Below are positions 29,550 to 42,330 of a stretch of 64,000 bases of DNA, one piece after another. Source of the stretch: the human T2T-CHM13v2.0 reference genome, Homo sapiens; NCBI RefSeq assembly GCF_009914755.1, contig NC_060930.1, one strand, 5' to 3'. The first letter of the stretch is position 1. Every line of letters begins with the position of its first letter. A program made the position numbers and the translations under genes. Below the pieces are notes generated by a model. It saw only the letters and a program-made list of their open reading frames with translations, was not told where the DNA came from and searched no databases.

Positions 29550-30019
29550 AGAATGTGTAGTATTTTTGATGTGCATTTGGAATTCTGCTTGGTGGAGTGG
29601 GCTTTTCAGTCTCCTTTGCAGTCATTTGCATCAATGATGCCTGTGATTTTGTTTTGCTGAGAATTTTAGATGGCTTGAAGGTGAATTATGCCAAAGATTA
29701 TCAAGATAGGGAGAGTGAGTCTCTTACAGAGGAAAGTAAGTTGAGGGGTCTTCCCAAGAATCACCTGAAAGGATTGTAGGATTTGATCCAGTAATGGTCA
29801 AAGTTATGCGGTTTAGGGATCAGTGAGTTAAAACGTAAATAAAAAGTAAATTTTCTTTTGTTTTCCAAAGGGAACTCTATAGCTTTGAAAAAACAGGAGC
29901 TTAGAGAGAGCACCAGGCTTTAAATCAAACATCATTGGAAGAGTTCCTCTTCTGCCCTGTATGTAGCTTCTCTGACTGCTGTGATTTCTACCTTTGTGAA
30001 ATGGGGATAAAATAATTTT

Positions 30020-31400
30020 TTACCAAGCTTCTCTATGCCAGGCCTTCTGTTGGACTCTGGGTTACTGTGGTTGGCAGGATGTGAAAGCTCTGCCCTCTGG
30101 GAACTTAGCATCTAGTAGGGAAGACTTAAAATGGAATGAACAATAATGATAATGTGTGACGATTGATTTGATGAGAAGTACATGATACCATGAACAGGTG
30201 CATCCAACCCAGTTTGCAGGGATTGGGCACCATCTCAGTTTTTCCAGAACTGGCCTATGACCTGAGTACTGACGGTTGAGCATATTTAGCCTGAAGAGGA
30301 GCAGGGTCTTAAGGGAAAGAGTGTTCTCAGCAGAGAACAGTGTGTGCAAAGGCCAGGAAGGGGAGGAAGTTTGGCATCAACAGGAATGGCAAGGAATTCT
30401 GTCTGGTTAAAGCACTGAGTGCCTGGAGAAAGTGGCAGGAGATGGAGAGGCAGGTGGCAGCTGGTCTTGGGTGGCCTAGAAGTCATGTTAAAGAATTTGG
30501 AGTATATCTTGTGAGCAGAAGAGAGCTATTGACACATCCTGACCAGAGGCAAGCCAAACACTTAGGAGACTGTTGCAGTGTCAGGAGAGAGACACTAGTG
30601 GCATGGGCCACTTATGACAGTAGGACAGCAGCAATGGAAGTAGACTTGACAGAACTTAAATGATTGTTTGGATGACAGGGTGGGAGGGGAGAGAGGTTGG
30701 AATGACATGCAGATTCCTGGTTTAAGATTGTGATGTGATGTAGGAGACCCAGGAGAACAGCGAGTTTGGGCGAGAAAGATATTGCCTTCAGGTTGAAACA
30801 TACGGAGTGTGAGATGCCTGTGGAATGTCCCTACATCACACACAGCACACTGCAGCTGTGACTACAGATGAGCAGTAGAGGGAGGAGCCCTGGGGAACAG
30901 CAGGATTTCAGAGGCGGCCAGAGGAAGAGGAAGCTCTAAGGGAGGCTGTAAGTATGTTTTATTTTCTAGCAGACTTGTCAAAGCAAAAGGTAAGCTCTAG
31001 GGTCAATAGTGTGGAGAGATTGACAAGGGTAAGCAGAGGGTAGGTGGTAAGCAAAAGGAAGGGGTGTTCTGGAAGCCACTGGAAGCAGTGATGTTTCAAG
31101 GAGGAGGGACAGGTCAGGAAGTCAGATAATGGCCAGGTAGGACAAGAACAGAATCACTTCATGGGAAGTGGTAACCATGCCGTCGAGGACCTTTGCCACA
31201 GCAGATTTGGATGATGGGACCAGTGAGAGTGCAGACAGGGATCACCCACAACTTTGAAACCAAGTTTGATGAGATGACAGAACTAAGGTTACAGCCGGAG
31301 GAGGAAGGGAGACTTTGTTGTCAAGGGAAGGGTTTTGTGGATTTGTTTGTGTTTAGGATGAGAGAATCTGGAGTATATCTGAGTGTGAATGGTAAGTAGC
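30020..31400 (-). mobile_element. LINE-2 fragments
   Basis: Purine-rich L2 text (AGCAGAGAACAGTGTGTGCAAAGGCC, GAGTGTGAGATGCCTGTGGAATGTCC). Boundaries approximate. Confidence 0.65.
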
Positions 31401-31713
31401 CAGAGAAAAGGAGATGTTGGGGGACAACCCAGGAGACCAGGGTCCTGGAGGAGGTGCGAGGGAATTGTGCCCAGAGCGCATAAGTGAAGGGAGCATTCGC
31501 TTCTGCTTCTGGCGGGTGGGTAGCTTCTCCTCCAGGTCAAGGGGAGGGAAGAAGAAGGGGTCCGGAGACTGGGACCTTTAGAGGTGTTACACCAAAGAGC
31601 TCTCATTTCTCTTTCTGACTGAGTGGAACCAGTGAGGGAGGAGATGGAAGGATTAGAGGTTTAAGGAGAACATTGTATTAATATAGAAATGTTAGATGTT
31701 GTGATCTAGTGGG

Positions 31714-31781
31714 ATCCTATACATTCCATCATGTAATGTTTAGACATGGTCATAAACATTACATGATGGAATGTATAGGAT
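31714..31781. repeat. Perfect inverted repeat: 29-bp arms, 10-nt spacer
   Basis: ATCCTATACATTCCATCATGTAATGTTTA - GACATGGTCA - TAAACATTACATGATGGAATGTATAGGAT. Confidence 0.95.
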
Positions 31782-32466
31782 TCTAAGTATGCACATTAAG
31801 AAGGTACGCTCACCATTCACATATTCGTGCTGTAGGTTACAGGTTGTGCTGACGTTTTGTTGAATCTCATCATGTCTAGCAGTGCTTATAGGGTTGTGGC
31901 AGATGTGAAGGGTATGGGGCTGTAAATATATTTTATTTTCTAACAGACTTGTCAAAGCAAAAGGCAGGCTCTAGGGTAAATAGTGTGGGGGAGGCATCTA
32001 GATTTTTTCACTGAAAAGTTGCTCCTTGCCACATGTACCAATTAAAATTGTTTGAGTTAGTATAACATTATTTAATACTTTCGTAGGAGTGTTCATCTTC
32101 ATTCATACCCTTCGTGTGACTTTTATGAGGTAACAAGAATCTCATGCTAATAAGGCTATTTATGGATATTCTGGAGAGATGGCCTATAATGAAGGAATTT
32201 GAAGAGACAGAGGTAGTAGGAAGGTTTCTGTCACTGGGGCCAGGGTGAAATATTTAGAAAGGAAAGAGAGAGATTGGCAAAGATGTGCTTGTGTCCTTTG
32301 GAGTTTTGCCTTGTGTGTTGGCAGAAGCTGAAATGGCAATAAATATTCCTCCTCCCAAGAATTCCTTCTGCGTTCGTGACATTACTAGGGACAGATTGGA
32401 AGCTGGAAAACTTCAGCTTTCTCCAACTCAATCAGTGTCCTCAAATACCCTCAACCTATATCCTTC

Positions 32467-32505
<39 letters not shown>

Positions 32506-32654
32506 TTCAGTGCCTGATTGGAACACTGTGGAAAAAAGTGGGGGCAGGAAGGAGACAAGAGCTTTGATGGTGTGGGGACTTCTGCCTTTGTGTACTCCTC
32601 ACAGTTTACTGCCTGTGGAGTTTCCACATAAGTGGACCATCAGCCAACTGCCTG

Positions 32655-32930
32655 TCCACCCATCCATCCATCGATTTATTAATCTGTCCATCCATTCTTC
32701 CATTTATCCATCCGTCTTCCATCCAACCATCCATCCATCCATCCATCCATCCATCCATCCATCCATCCATTCATTTATTCATTCATCCATTCATCCTTCC
32801 ATTTAACCATCCATCTACCCATTCATCCATCCATCCTTCCCTTTACCCATCCATCTCTCCATTCATCTATCCTTCCATTTATCCATCCATCCATTCATCC
32901 ATTTATCCATCTATCCATCCATCCTTCCAC
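32655..32930. repeat. (TCCA)n degenerate tetranucleotide repeat
   Basis: Visible directly. Confidence 0.95.
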
Positions 32931-33639
32931 TTAACAAATACTAAGCACATGCCCATGTGCTAGGCTTTAAGATCACAATTGCAAGGAACTAGACAGACAT
33001 GGTCTCTGCTTGTATGTGGAGGCCTAACCTAATGCCTGATGTATAATAGTTGCACTATATCAAAGTTGAATGTTATTTCTGCAAACATGAAGGATTGGAG
33101 GATGTTGCACTTGAGTTTATTTCAAATGTTTAAAAAAATCAACTCTGATTAAAACCCAAGTAAAGATAATGAATGATGAAATTTTGAATCAAAATATTTA
33201 TTCCTCAAGGGTTAATGAAGAAGAACTGGGAATGAAAATGCTACTCCTGTAGGACATTTTAAAAGAAGACCTCTCTCTGCAGCATGGCCAGGACTAGGGT
33301 AAAGCAAGTGAGATGACACCAAGGACACAAAATTGAAGGAGGTGCTGATTCTCAGGCTCATGCAAGTCCAGGCTGGGCTAGATGGCTGACCACCATTAAC
33401 AAAATAAATTAGTTACTGTGAAATATTAGGTATTAAGAGGTATTGTAGGCATTCCTCAAATCATACACCAAGTCACCTACTCTTCTATGCTTAATACCTG
33501 TCCTCAAGAGCAATGTGCTGAGAACCATATCAGTGCACATCTATCAGTGCCCATCTCCCCGACTAAGAAAATATGGCTTCTGGGAGCTATGGCAGCCCAT
33601 GGAATTCATTTAAGTAAGAATGGTACTGCTTTCTGCTGA

Positions 33640-33815
33640 TACTGTAGTGTAGTGGTTCAGCGCAACAGGCTCAGAACCAGACATCAGAGTTCGAGTCCCA
33701 GCTCTGCTCCATACTAGGTCACTGTTGGCTCTTCTGTGAAATATGGGCAAAACTAGTGATTACCACATAGGGTTGTTATGGAGATGAGATGAGCTAACAC
33801 TCATGAACTTATTAG
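33640..33815 (+). mobile_element. MIR
   Basis: TGTAGTGGTTCAGCGC...GAGTTCGAGTCCCAGCTCTGC...CATAGGGTTGTTATGGAGATGAGATGAG. Confidence 0.7.
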
Positions 33816-36800
33816 ATCGACGTCTCTATGTATCCTAGAACTGCCATAAAAAGTGCCACAAACTAGGTGTCTAAAACAATAGAAATTTATTCTTTACAGT
33901 TCTGGAGGCTATAAGTCCAAGATTAAGGTGCTGTCAGGGTCTTTCACAAAAACCCTAGAGGCCTGCACTGTGAGTCAGCTCTAAGGCCCAGCAAAGGCTT
34001 TAAACAGCATCCATGTCTGCCACTGTTACTTCAAGTACCATTGGATCTGCCGGATCATATGGCCCAAGTCGCAGAGCAGCTTGCACGGCAGCCTGGACCT
34101 GCTGCAGAACCTTCTTTTTTTCTGGCTCCAGTCAAAATTAGCAGCTTTGGGGTCACTCAGTAAATAGGTTTTTGTAGCATACCCAAATGAAGAATATGTT
34201 GCTTTCAAAATTCAAAGAGGCTCACCGGATATTATGTGTCCTTCTTGGTTGTAGGAAAAGCCATATGCAACAACTTATTCTTCATCTTAGAAGGGATATC
34301 TTGATTTGCCCCATGTCACTGGACCCCTGCAGTTTTCACTGAGGTAGAAAGTCCCTGATTTTTTGTCAGGTTTATTTTCCACCTTCTGACATGCAAAGTA
34401 AGTCTAAAGTAATTACTTCATTTCAATCACTAGATCCAAACAGCATAATGTCATCAATGTAATGGACAACAATGATGTCTTGTGGAAGAGAAGGGCAATC
34501 AAGGCCCCTGCTGGCTAAATCATGACATAGTGCTGGAGAGGTAGGACAGTGAAGCTGTATTGCTGGCCTTCCAGTTGAAAGTAACCTGCTTCTGGTGTTC
34601 TTTACTAACAGGTGTTGAGGGAAAAAGAAACATTTGCCAGATGAACAGCCTGGCTTATGTAAGCGCTCACCTGTGGTAGCTCTTCTGTACCTGGGTTTGC
34701 TTGGACATCTCAGCTTCCATCGTAGTGGCCATGTGTCAGCTGTGTACAGAAGGGTCTGCTGACCCAGATCTTATTCCTAATGATAGGGGTGTTTGATGAT
34801 TTTTAGTGGAAATGATACCCAGTCATTTCTGTGTACCGGAGGATGCAATAACAAAACTGATTTTTTTAAAAATAACATTTCAAAATTTAGATATTCAAAA
34901 TTAGGTAGTAATCTTGAAAATAGTCACTTGGAAGATCACAGTGTTGCTGTTTCTGTGTTGCTGTTTCTTAGAACATTTCTAGAACTCTGATGTCACAAAA
35001 CATTCTTTGGAGTATCTTCAGTGGTGGCAAGCCTTCATTCTTATCAGATAGATCTGGTTTGGGGTAAACACCTAAAGTAATCTGGAGTCAAATCAGGCAG
35101 TTAAGAGTAATGACATTCAGTAAAGTGTGAAATGGAAAATGTAATCTTGGCAACAAAATAATGAGGTGTTTTTTTTTTTTGGTATGACTTATGGAATGGT
35201 TTTCAGATTTTATGATACTTATACTCATTTTCCCTAGTTTTAAACACTTTAAAAATGCTCTTAGTGGGTATCCATGTTTATAAATATGCAAATTCCTCCA
35301 AAATGCTTTTCAAAACACGAAAGTCAATTCCCCATGTATTTGCAAAGAGCAAGGCACCTGTCATGGTCTCTCCAGATAGAATTTTAGTGTAAAGGTGTCT
35401 GTGGCCCAAAAGGAGAGGAATTAGGTAAATCGTGCCCGGATATCAGTAAACTGTGCAGCACTCGATGGATTAATCAGGATTTGGATAGTGTAACGGTGTT
35501 TTTAGGGCTCTTCATTTGCTGGTCCTTCTGTTCTTAGAAAGCCCTCTACGAAACTACCACCTTATCAAGTCTTAACGTGATCATAGCTGTACTCATTCTT
35601 TCCTCCCCACTCTTGAGTGAATAAAAAGGTGCTAAAGGCAGGGGTAGCAATATTAAAGCTGCCCTCATGAACTTTGTCTGTTCTTCAGTAGTTATCTTAG
35701 GCATACCCATGAAAAATAAGGTAGAAATAAGAACTATATATATGGATAAACATGCAATTCTTTTCAGATTCTGTTCAAGTGCTCAGATTCTAGTTCACCA
35801 GAAATATGTTCTGAAACCAATTTTCCTGAAGTAAGGCGAGTCAGATGACGTGGACTTGATGAGGGCTGGTCCCAGAAATAAAGAAGGGCCATCCTGAGGT
35901 GAAGACACCCTGAAGATGAAAGAACACTGTCCGGGGTGGAATAAAGTACACTGGGAACCATAATTGATGACACACAGCTTCTCAAGTTTATAGCGTGTGC
36001 AGAGCTAGAAACAACATTGCATTTCTGGCTATGGGAAAGGCTTGTTATTACTATTAATACTACTAGTATTGAGTTGAAAGGTTTTTATCAGTGATTTTCT
36101 AAGTTTTATGAAAAAATGCTGTTTCAGATCAGCCACTGATTTGGACTTGGGGAGGCCTGAGAGTAGTGAGGGAGTCCCCATTTTCAGTCAATATAAAAAC
36201 TACTAAGGGCCAATGACTGTGGATCATGCCAAAAGGCATTAAACATACAATCTGTCTTACATAAAGACTAAGTGACATCTAATAGTTTAAAGATATCTCA
36301 TTACTGCTTCTAATTGAAATAAATGGTCTGATGCTCTCTAAAATCTTACTGTTACATTTCCATAAAGTTAAAAATGCAAACAAAGTAAGACCTCCTTGAT
36401 TTGGAACATGTCAGAAAGATAAGGAAAACAGTTGGTATGTATTCTTTATTTAGCAAAGTTGTAATGCACAGATTTGACAAATTTAAAGATTTTTTCCCCT
36501 AGAATATAATGTAACTTTATAATAAGACTAGAGATGTACCTACTGCATTTGATACCCAAAATGTATCATTTTTTAATACCTTCACTTTTATATGAAAATT
36601 TACTTTAAGTAATAGTCATGTAATAATACACAGTAATTATTATTGTCCTCATTCCTTCTTTAGTTTTAAAGCATTTAATAATTAAACACAGGAATACCTT
36701 TTAAAGTATTAAAATTTAGTAAAAATATTTCATCTGCAAAACAGAATTTGCATTTACCAAACTCAAGCATTATACCTTGCAGTTTGTATTGTTTCACTGT

Positions 36801-37412
36801 TTTAATTTTTCAACACAAATAAAAACTTCAAGTGGTCACATAAGAATAAAAGAACTAAAGTATCTCAAATTTTGTTTGCTCATTTTTATATATCATGGTG
36901 TTATTGTTTATTTCAAATTGACTGTTTAACTCAAGAATATGTAGTCTCATGGGGAAGATGGGGCAGCTTTACAAACTTACTCTTGAAAAGGACTCTTTAG
37001 TCAAGTATGTGGGTTGGGGGCCTCTGAATTAACTTCCATGTAGAATACAATGCTTATTAAAGGACACGTAAGATGCTAATTTGAAGCTTATACAAACCAT
37101 GAAAACTTAACATGCAGCAATTAGCATCGAGGCCAACAAAAGACTTTTTCAAGGTGAAGTGTTTAACACTGACATTGTTTAAAATTGTCAGCAGGACATT
37201 TTCATAATAAAAAGTTTTGTTTTTAAGGACTCCCTTATTCTTACAACTGAAGTGACCCTTCCCTCTGCCTGGTCCTTGAAACGTGATCACTTTAAGAGAA
37301 GTTTATTTCTTCTGTACAGTGGTGCCAATGACTGTCTCACAGAGCTGTAGTATCAATTAAATGAGATAATACTTATGAAGTTGCTTTGTAAAATTCTAAG
37401 AGAACTTTATAG

Positions 37413-37737
<325 letters not shown>

Positions 37738-38015
37738 TGACAGTGAGTAAACCATTATGTTTATAACAAAATTTGAAAACTATTTCTGTTAAAAAGCAAA
37801 CACATTGTATTGAGAAAATTTGGAGAACAGTGAAACAGATTGATAATTTAAAATCGTCTATATTACAATTTATGACATTATACTGTATTTCTTTAAAAAT
37901 CATTTATGTGTCAGAATATATGTTTTATACTGATACACAAAACTAGTATCACAGTCTAAATGGATAAGAGTCAGGCTATTTTTTTGTCAGTAGCTGTCAT
38001 TTGAAAAATGATTTT

Positions 38016-38321
38016 CTCCTAGCTTTATTAAGATATAATTGACAAATAAAAAGTGTATATATTTTTGGTGTGCAGTGTGATGTTTTGATATATGTATACA
38101 TTGTGAAATGATTAAATCAAGCTAGCTTATCCATTACCTCACATACTTACGTTTTAATGATGAGAACATTTGAGATATAATCTCTTGGCAATTTTCAAGT
38201 ATACAACACGTTATTATTAACTGTAGTTCCCATGCTGTATAATAGATCCCAGAACTTGTTCATCCTGTCTAATTGAAATTTTATACCCTTTACCCAACAT
38301 TTTCCCATTCTCCTTCCCTCC
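38016..38321 (-). mobile_element. Short L1MA-like 3' end insertion
   Basis: L1M 3' UTR text (ATGTATACATTGTGAAATGATTAAATCAAGCTA); exact 14-bp TSD TGAAAAATGATTTT (38002-15, 38322-35). Confidence 0.85.
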
Positions 38322-41300
38322 TGAAAAATGATTTTAATCCTAATACATATTCAATCTCAAGTCAATACCATAATTAATTTAAACATATCCTTATTGGCAT
38401 GAAATCTTACCCATGTTACTACTAATTATTATTTTTTTATTATTTGAAAATGTCACGTTTGAGAAGTGGTATTTCATCATTCTTTGAATTACATTTCTTA
38501 GATTACCAGTTCATATAGTTTTATATTTGTGGCTTTTTATGTATAATTATGTATTGCCTGTTCATGGTACTTGCTTCTTTTTTCTACTGGTCTTAGACCA
38601 CTTCTTGTTGCTTTGGAAGAGCTTTTATGCATTAAAGAAAACAATTGTTATTTCATGTAGATTGCACATATTTTTCCCAAACATAAGAATGTAACTTACC
38701 ACATAATTTTATGAGTTTTTTAGATGTCCAGAAGTGTAAAATTCTTATATTTTCTGCCTTTTCAGTAATTTTTTAGCTATTTCTTTCAAATTGGAGAAAT
38801 AGAGAGGGTGCAGTCTCAAACAAAATTGTCAATTCTTTCTTTACTGTTTACTTGAATAAGTTATTTAGTCTTTGTAAACCTGAATTGCCTCATCTATAAA
38901 ATGGATGTAATATTACTTATTAAGGCTATTGTGAGGAATCAATGAAGCAGTATGTAAAGGGCCTCATATAATGCCTGCCACACAGTAATCACACAGAACA
39001 TCTGACTAATATTTATAATGTTATACATAATGTTATGATTGTGAAGTGGTTCTCAATGTGAAGACCTTATCTTAAATTATTAGTTCATTTCCTTGCCATT
39101 CTGTGGAGAGTGGGTGTTCTTGTCATAATTTTAAAACCTTCTTTAAATAACAAGAACGACAACTTTTTTTACTGTCACAACCATTAAAAAATAATTTGCT
39201 CAATTTGTCATTTGCCTTTTAGTTTTCTTTGTTTAATTAGAGAAAGCAAACCTTCTTTTGTGATTGCTTTTATCTTTCCAAATCTTTTTCTTGTCCAAAA
39301 TCCATTAATTTTCACCCATATCTCCCATTAATGTTTTTGTTTCATTTTTACATGTAACTGTCTAATCTGTCTAAGTTTATTTTAGTATGTGATATAAGGT
39401 AAAGCTCTATTGTTATAAAATTACACACACATGATAATCTTATCTCCTACTTTACAGGAATTACAGCTCTTATTTCTTTCTTCTAGTGTTATTGCATTGG
39501 CTAGAATTTATATAGCCATGTTAAATAATAATGACAACTAGGTATTCTTATAATTTTCCCAATTTAAATGGAAATACTGAAAGTATTTTGCTATTATCCT
39601 GCTGCTGGCTGTCAGTTTAACGTAGTTTTCATGACTATATTAAGGAAAAGCATTAAGGAAAACATCCTTCTTTTCCTAATTTTGTAGGAGTTTTTATTGG
39701 GATTGAATATTTAATCCTATGAAACATCTTTTAGGCAACTTAAAAATAATCGAGAGCTTTTTAAACTGGGCCCAATATTGTGATGTATTAATATTACATT
39801 AACAGATTTCCTAGTCTTAAACTATTTTTACGTAACTGAGAAGAAGTAAAAAAATGAAACTATAGCTTTTAAAGAAAGCAGAGTGTGAGATGAGGAATTC
39901 ATAATAATCTTACTCCAAGACCATTATACATTCTTTTACACTATATATCTTTTCTTTCATGAAAAATGTTTGACATTTACCTTCAGTTGTGTAATCACTT
40001 CAATGGTTGTTGTCATGATACCACTACAGTTGATTTCCTGCCAGTAACTTTTTGGAAGTTTCGGTCTCTGTCTAGACAGGTACATGAGGCAGCAATAGAA
40101 GTGGGGCATGGGGACCAGCACCCCTGTTGCTCAAAAGGCAGCAGCCACATAGTTGTGGGTAAAGGTTTCCTTTTCTGGCTTTTGCAGACATTCTGTTTTT
40201 GAACTGGGGACAGAGACTGTGAGGGGGCAAGGAGTTAATTTGAATCTCTACTGATTTTACTGTTTTTCACAGTAAAGAGGGGCTTTTTTTCTCAGTATAG
40301 TTGAGGAAATTCCTCCCAGGTTCTGGAATTCTATTCTTCTTCATCCTCCACTCTTCTACTCACCTCCCCCTCAATCCCCTATAGTCGGCTCCCTTCCTGC
40401 TCCTACCCCACCCCAGACCTTTCAGTGAAATATACACTTAGGAGCTGCTTGCCAGATGCCATGTCAAATTGAAAACCCTTATAAAATAAATTGAAATGGC
40501 ATTCATTCTAATTTGAATCATGGGCTTTGCATAGAAACAACAACTCAATGTGTAACAAAGGTAAAATTGAAAATTCTACAAGAAATATTACTATAACAAA
40601 TCCTTGATTTACATTTAAACATTTATTGAAACATCAAATAGGTGGATTTTTTAAAAAGGTCATTGAAGCAAGGATTAAGAACAGGGTACAGGAATAGTAT
40701 TTTCTGGAGAAAATACCTCAATTGAGTGCTAAACTCAGCTGAGTTTGCAGAAATGAATGCACCCAACACTTTCCAAGGTAACCATCAATCATGCAATAAA
40801 GATATAGCCACTTTAAACAACAATGTATCAATACAGAATGGAACACTGCTATATTAAGATGCACTCCTCTGGGAAGTTCTTGATTGACAAAAATAGTACT
40901 GTGTTAAGTAGCAGCAGTATTTTCATGGCCAGAAAGTAATAAAACTAAAGATGAGCTTTATGAAGAGAAAAGATTTTACATGAAAATCCATGGAGCAATT
41001 CTTAGGACTTGCTTCCTTCAGGATCAGGTTAAGGGGCAAAACGTGAAATGTGAAAGTGGAAACTGATAATTTGCTAATCTGTTAATTACCTGCACAGCTG
41101 GTCCTGTAGTCACTGTCATTTATAGGCATCTGAAGAAAGGATGGGATAGTTGCTGCCCGGGATCACACAAACTCAGTGTATCTCTGGCTTCCTTAGGCTT
41201 GTACAGTAGGAAAACAAAATCAGGATATTCATATTGAACCCATTATAGATTAGAGTTGAGCCAGGGGTATGCAAGGAATTTACTCTTTGAGACCTACTTC

Positions 41301-42129
41301 ATTACAGAGAGTTGGTAGAGAGTCAGAGTTAGGTTGGTGACATTAACTTTTCAGTTTTATTGCAGTGTCATTTTAAGTCAGGGATTTTACTGCCACTTTT
41401 TGGCATAGCAGTTTGGGCTAGTGTATTTCTCTCTCTCTTAATGTGATCCTTCATGTTGATATACCTACCTTGAAAATGGTGGTGAATTGACTCTTCCGCT
41501 CTTCTTCTGATCACTTCTCCAAACACTGTGGCATGACCCACTTTATGTGTTCTCTGTGGCATGACCCACTTGACCTGCTCTCCGACAGCAAGTGTGATAT
41601 TCTTGATCATCCCCAACATAGCTGGTTTTGGATGAGCATGATAAATTATAGTAACAGTGGTTTGGGGGGAAAGGGGAAGAGTAATGGGTTTTTTTGTTTT
41701 TGTTTTTGTTTTTGTTGTTTTTTTTTTTTGAAAGCAGGCAAATTGTAAAAGCAAGAGCGCCTATAATAGTGAACCGAAGCTTTATTCTGAAAACCTTTTC
41801 ATCGTGCTTTGATTTCATTGATTGTAATAATTTGACTTCTTCTTCATTCAGCTATATGTTAATTAGTCACAGTTATGTCTGCCATTCCTTTTCACATCTG
41901 GAGCGGACTTCTCTGCTTGCTTGAACCACCTACCTCCTTCTCCCTGTGGAGTTTAGAAAAGTAAAATATTGTTTTCCATTCGCACCTAGATTCGCTTTTT
42001 AAAATAAGACTCACACAAGTTGGGAGAAGCTTCATGCTGTTGGTGGTCTCGTCAGATATATTAATAACATAAGGAAAAAGCCTTGAAATATGTCAAATCA
42101 CAAAAACAGTAGTGAGTTTATATTTATTA

Positions 42130-42330
42130 TCATTTGTGAAGAATGCTTTACCACATTATTTCCTTCAATCCTCACAGCAAACCCTTAAGGTAGAGACTGT
42201 TTTTCCCATTCCTGTTTTATACACAGGGAAAATGAGGCTTAAAGAGCTTAAGTAACTTACACAAAGTCACATAATTAGAAAATTTCATTTGAAAGCCACA
42301 TGTACTGACCTCAGAGCCCGTGGGTCTCAT
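42130..42330 (-). mobile_element. MIR
   Basis: AATCCTCACAGCAAAC...GGAAAATGAGGCTTAAAGAGCTTAAGTAACTTACACAAAGTCAC. Confidence 0.7.

Noticed and set aside
32285-32806. 173-aa ORF
   Set aside because: It runs through poly-T and (TCCA)n repeats (poly-F, HPSI repeats); a low-complexity artefact.
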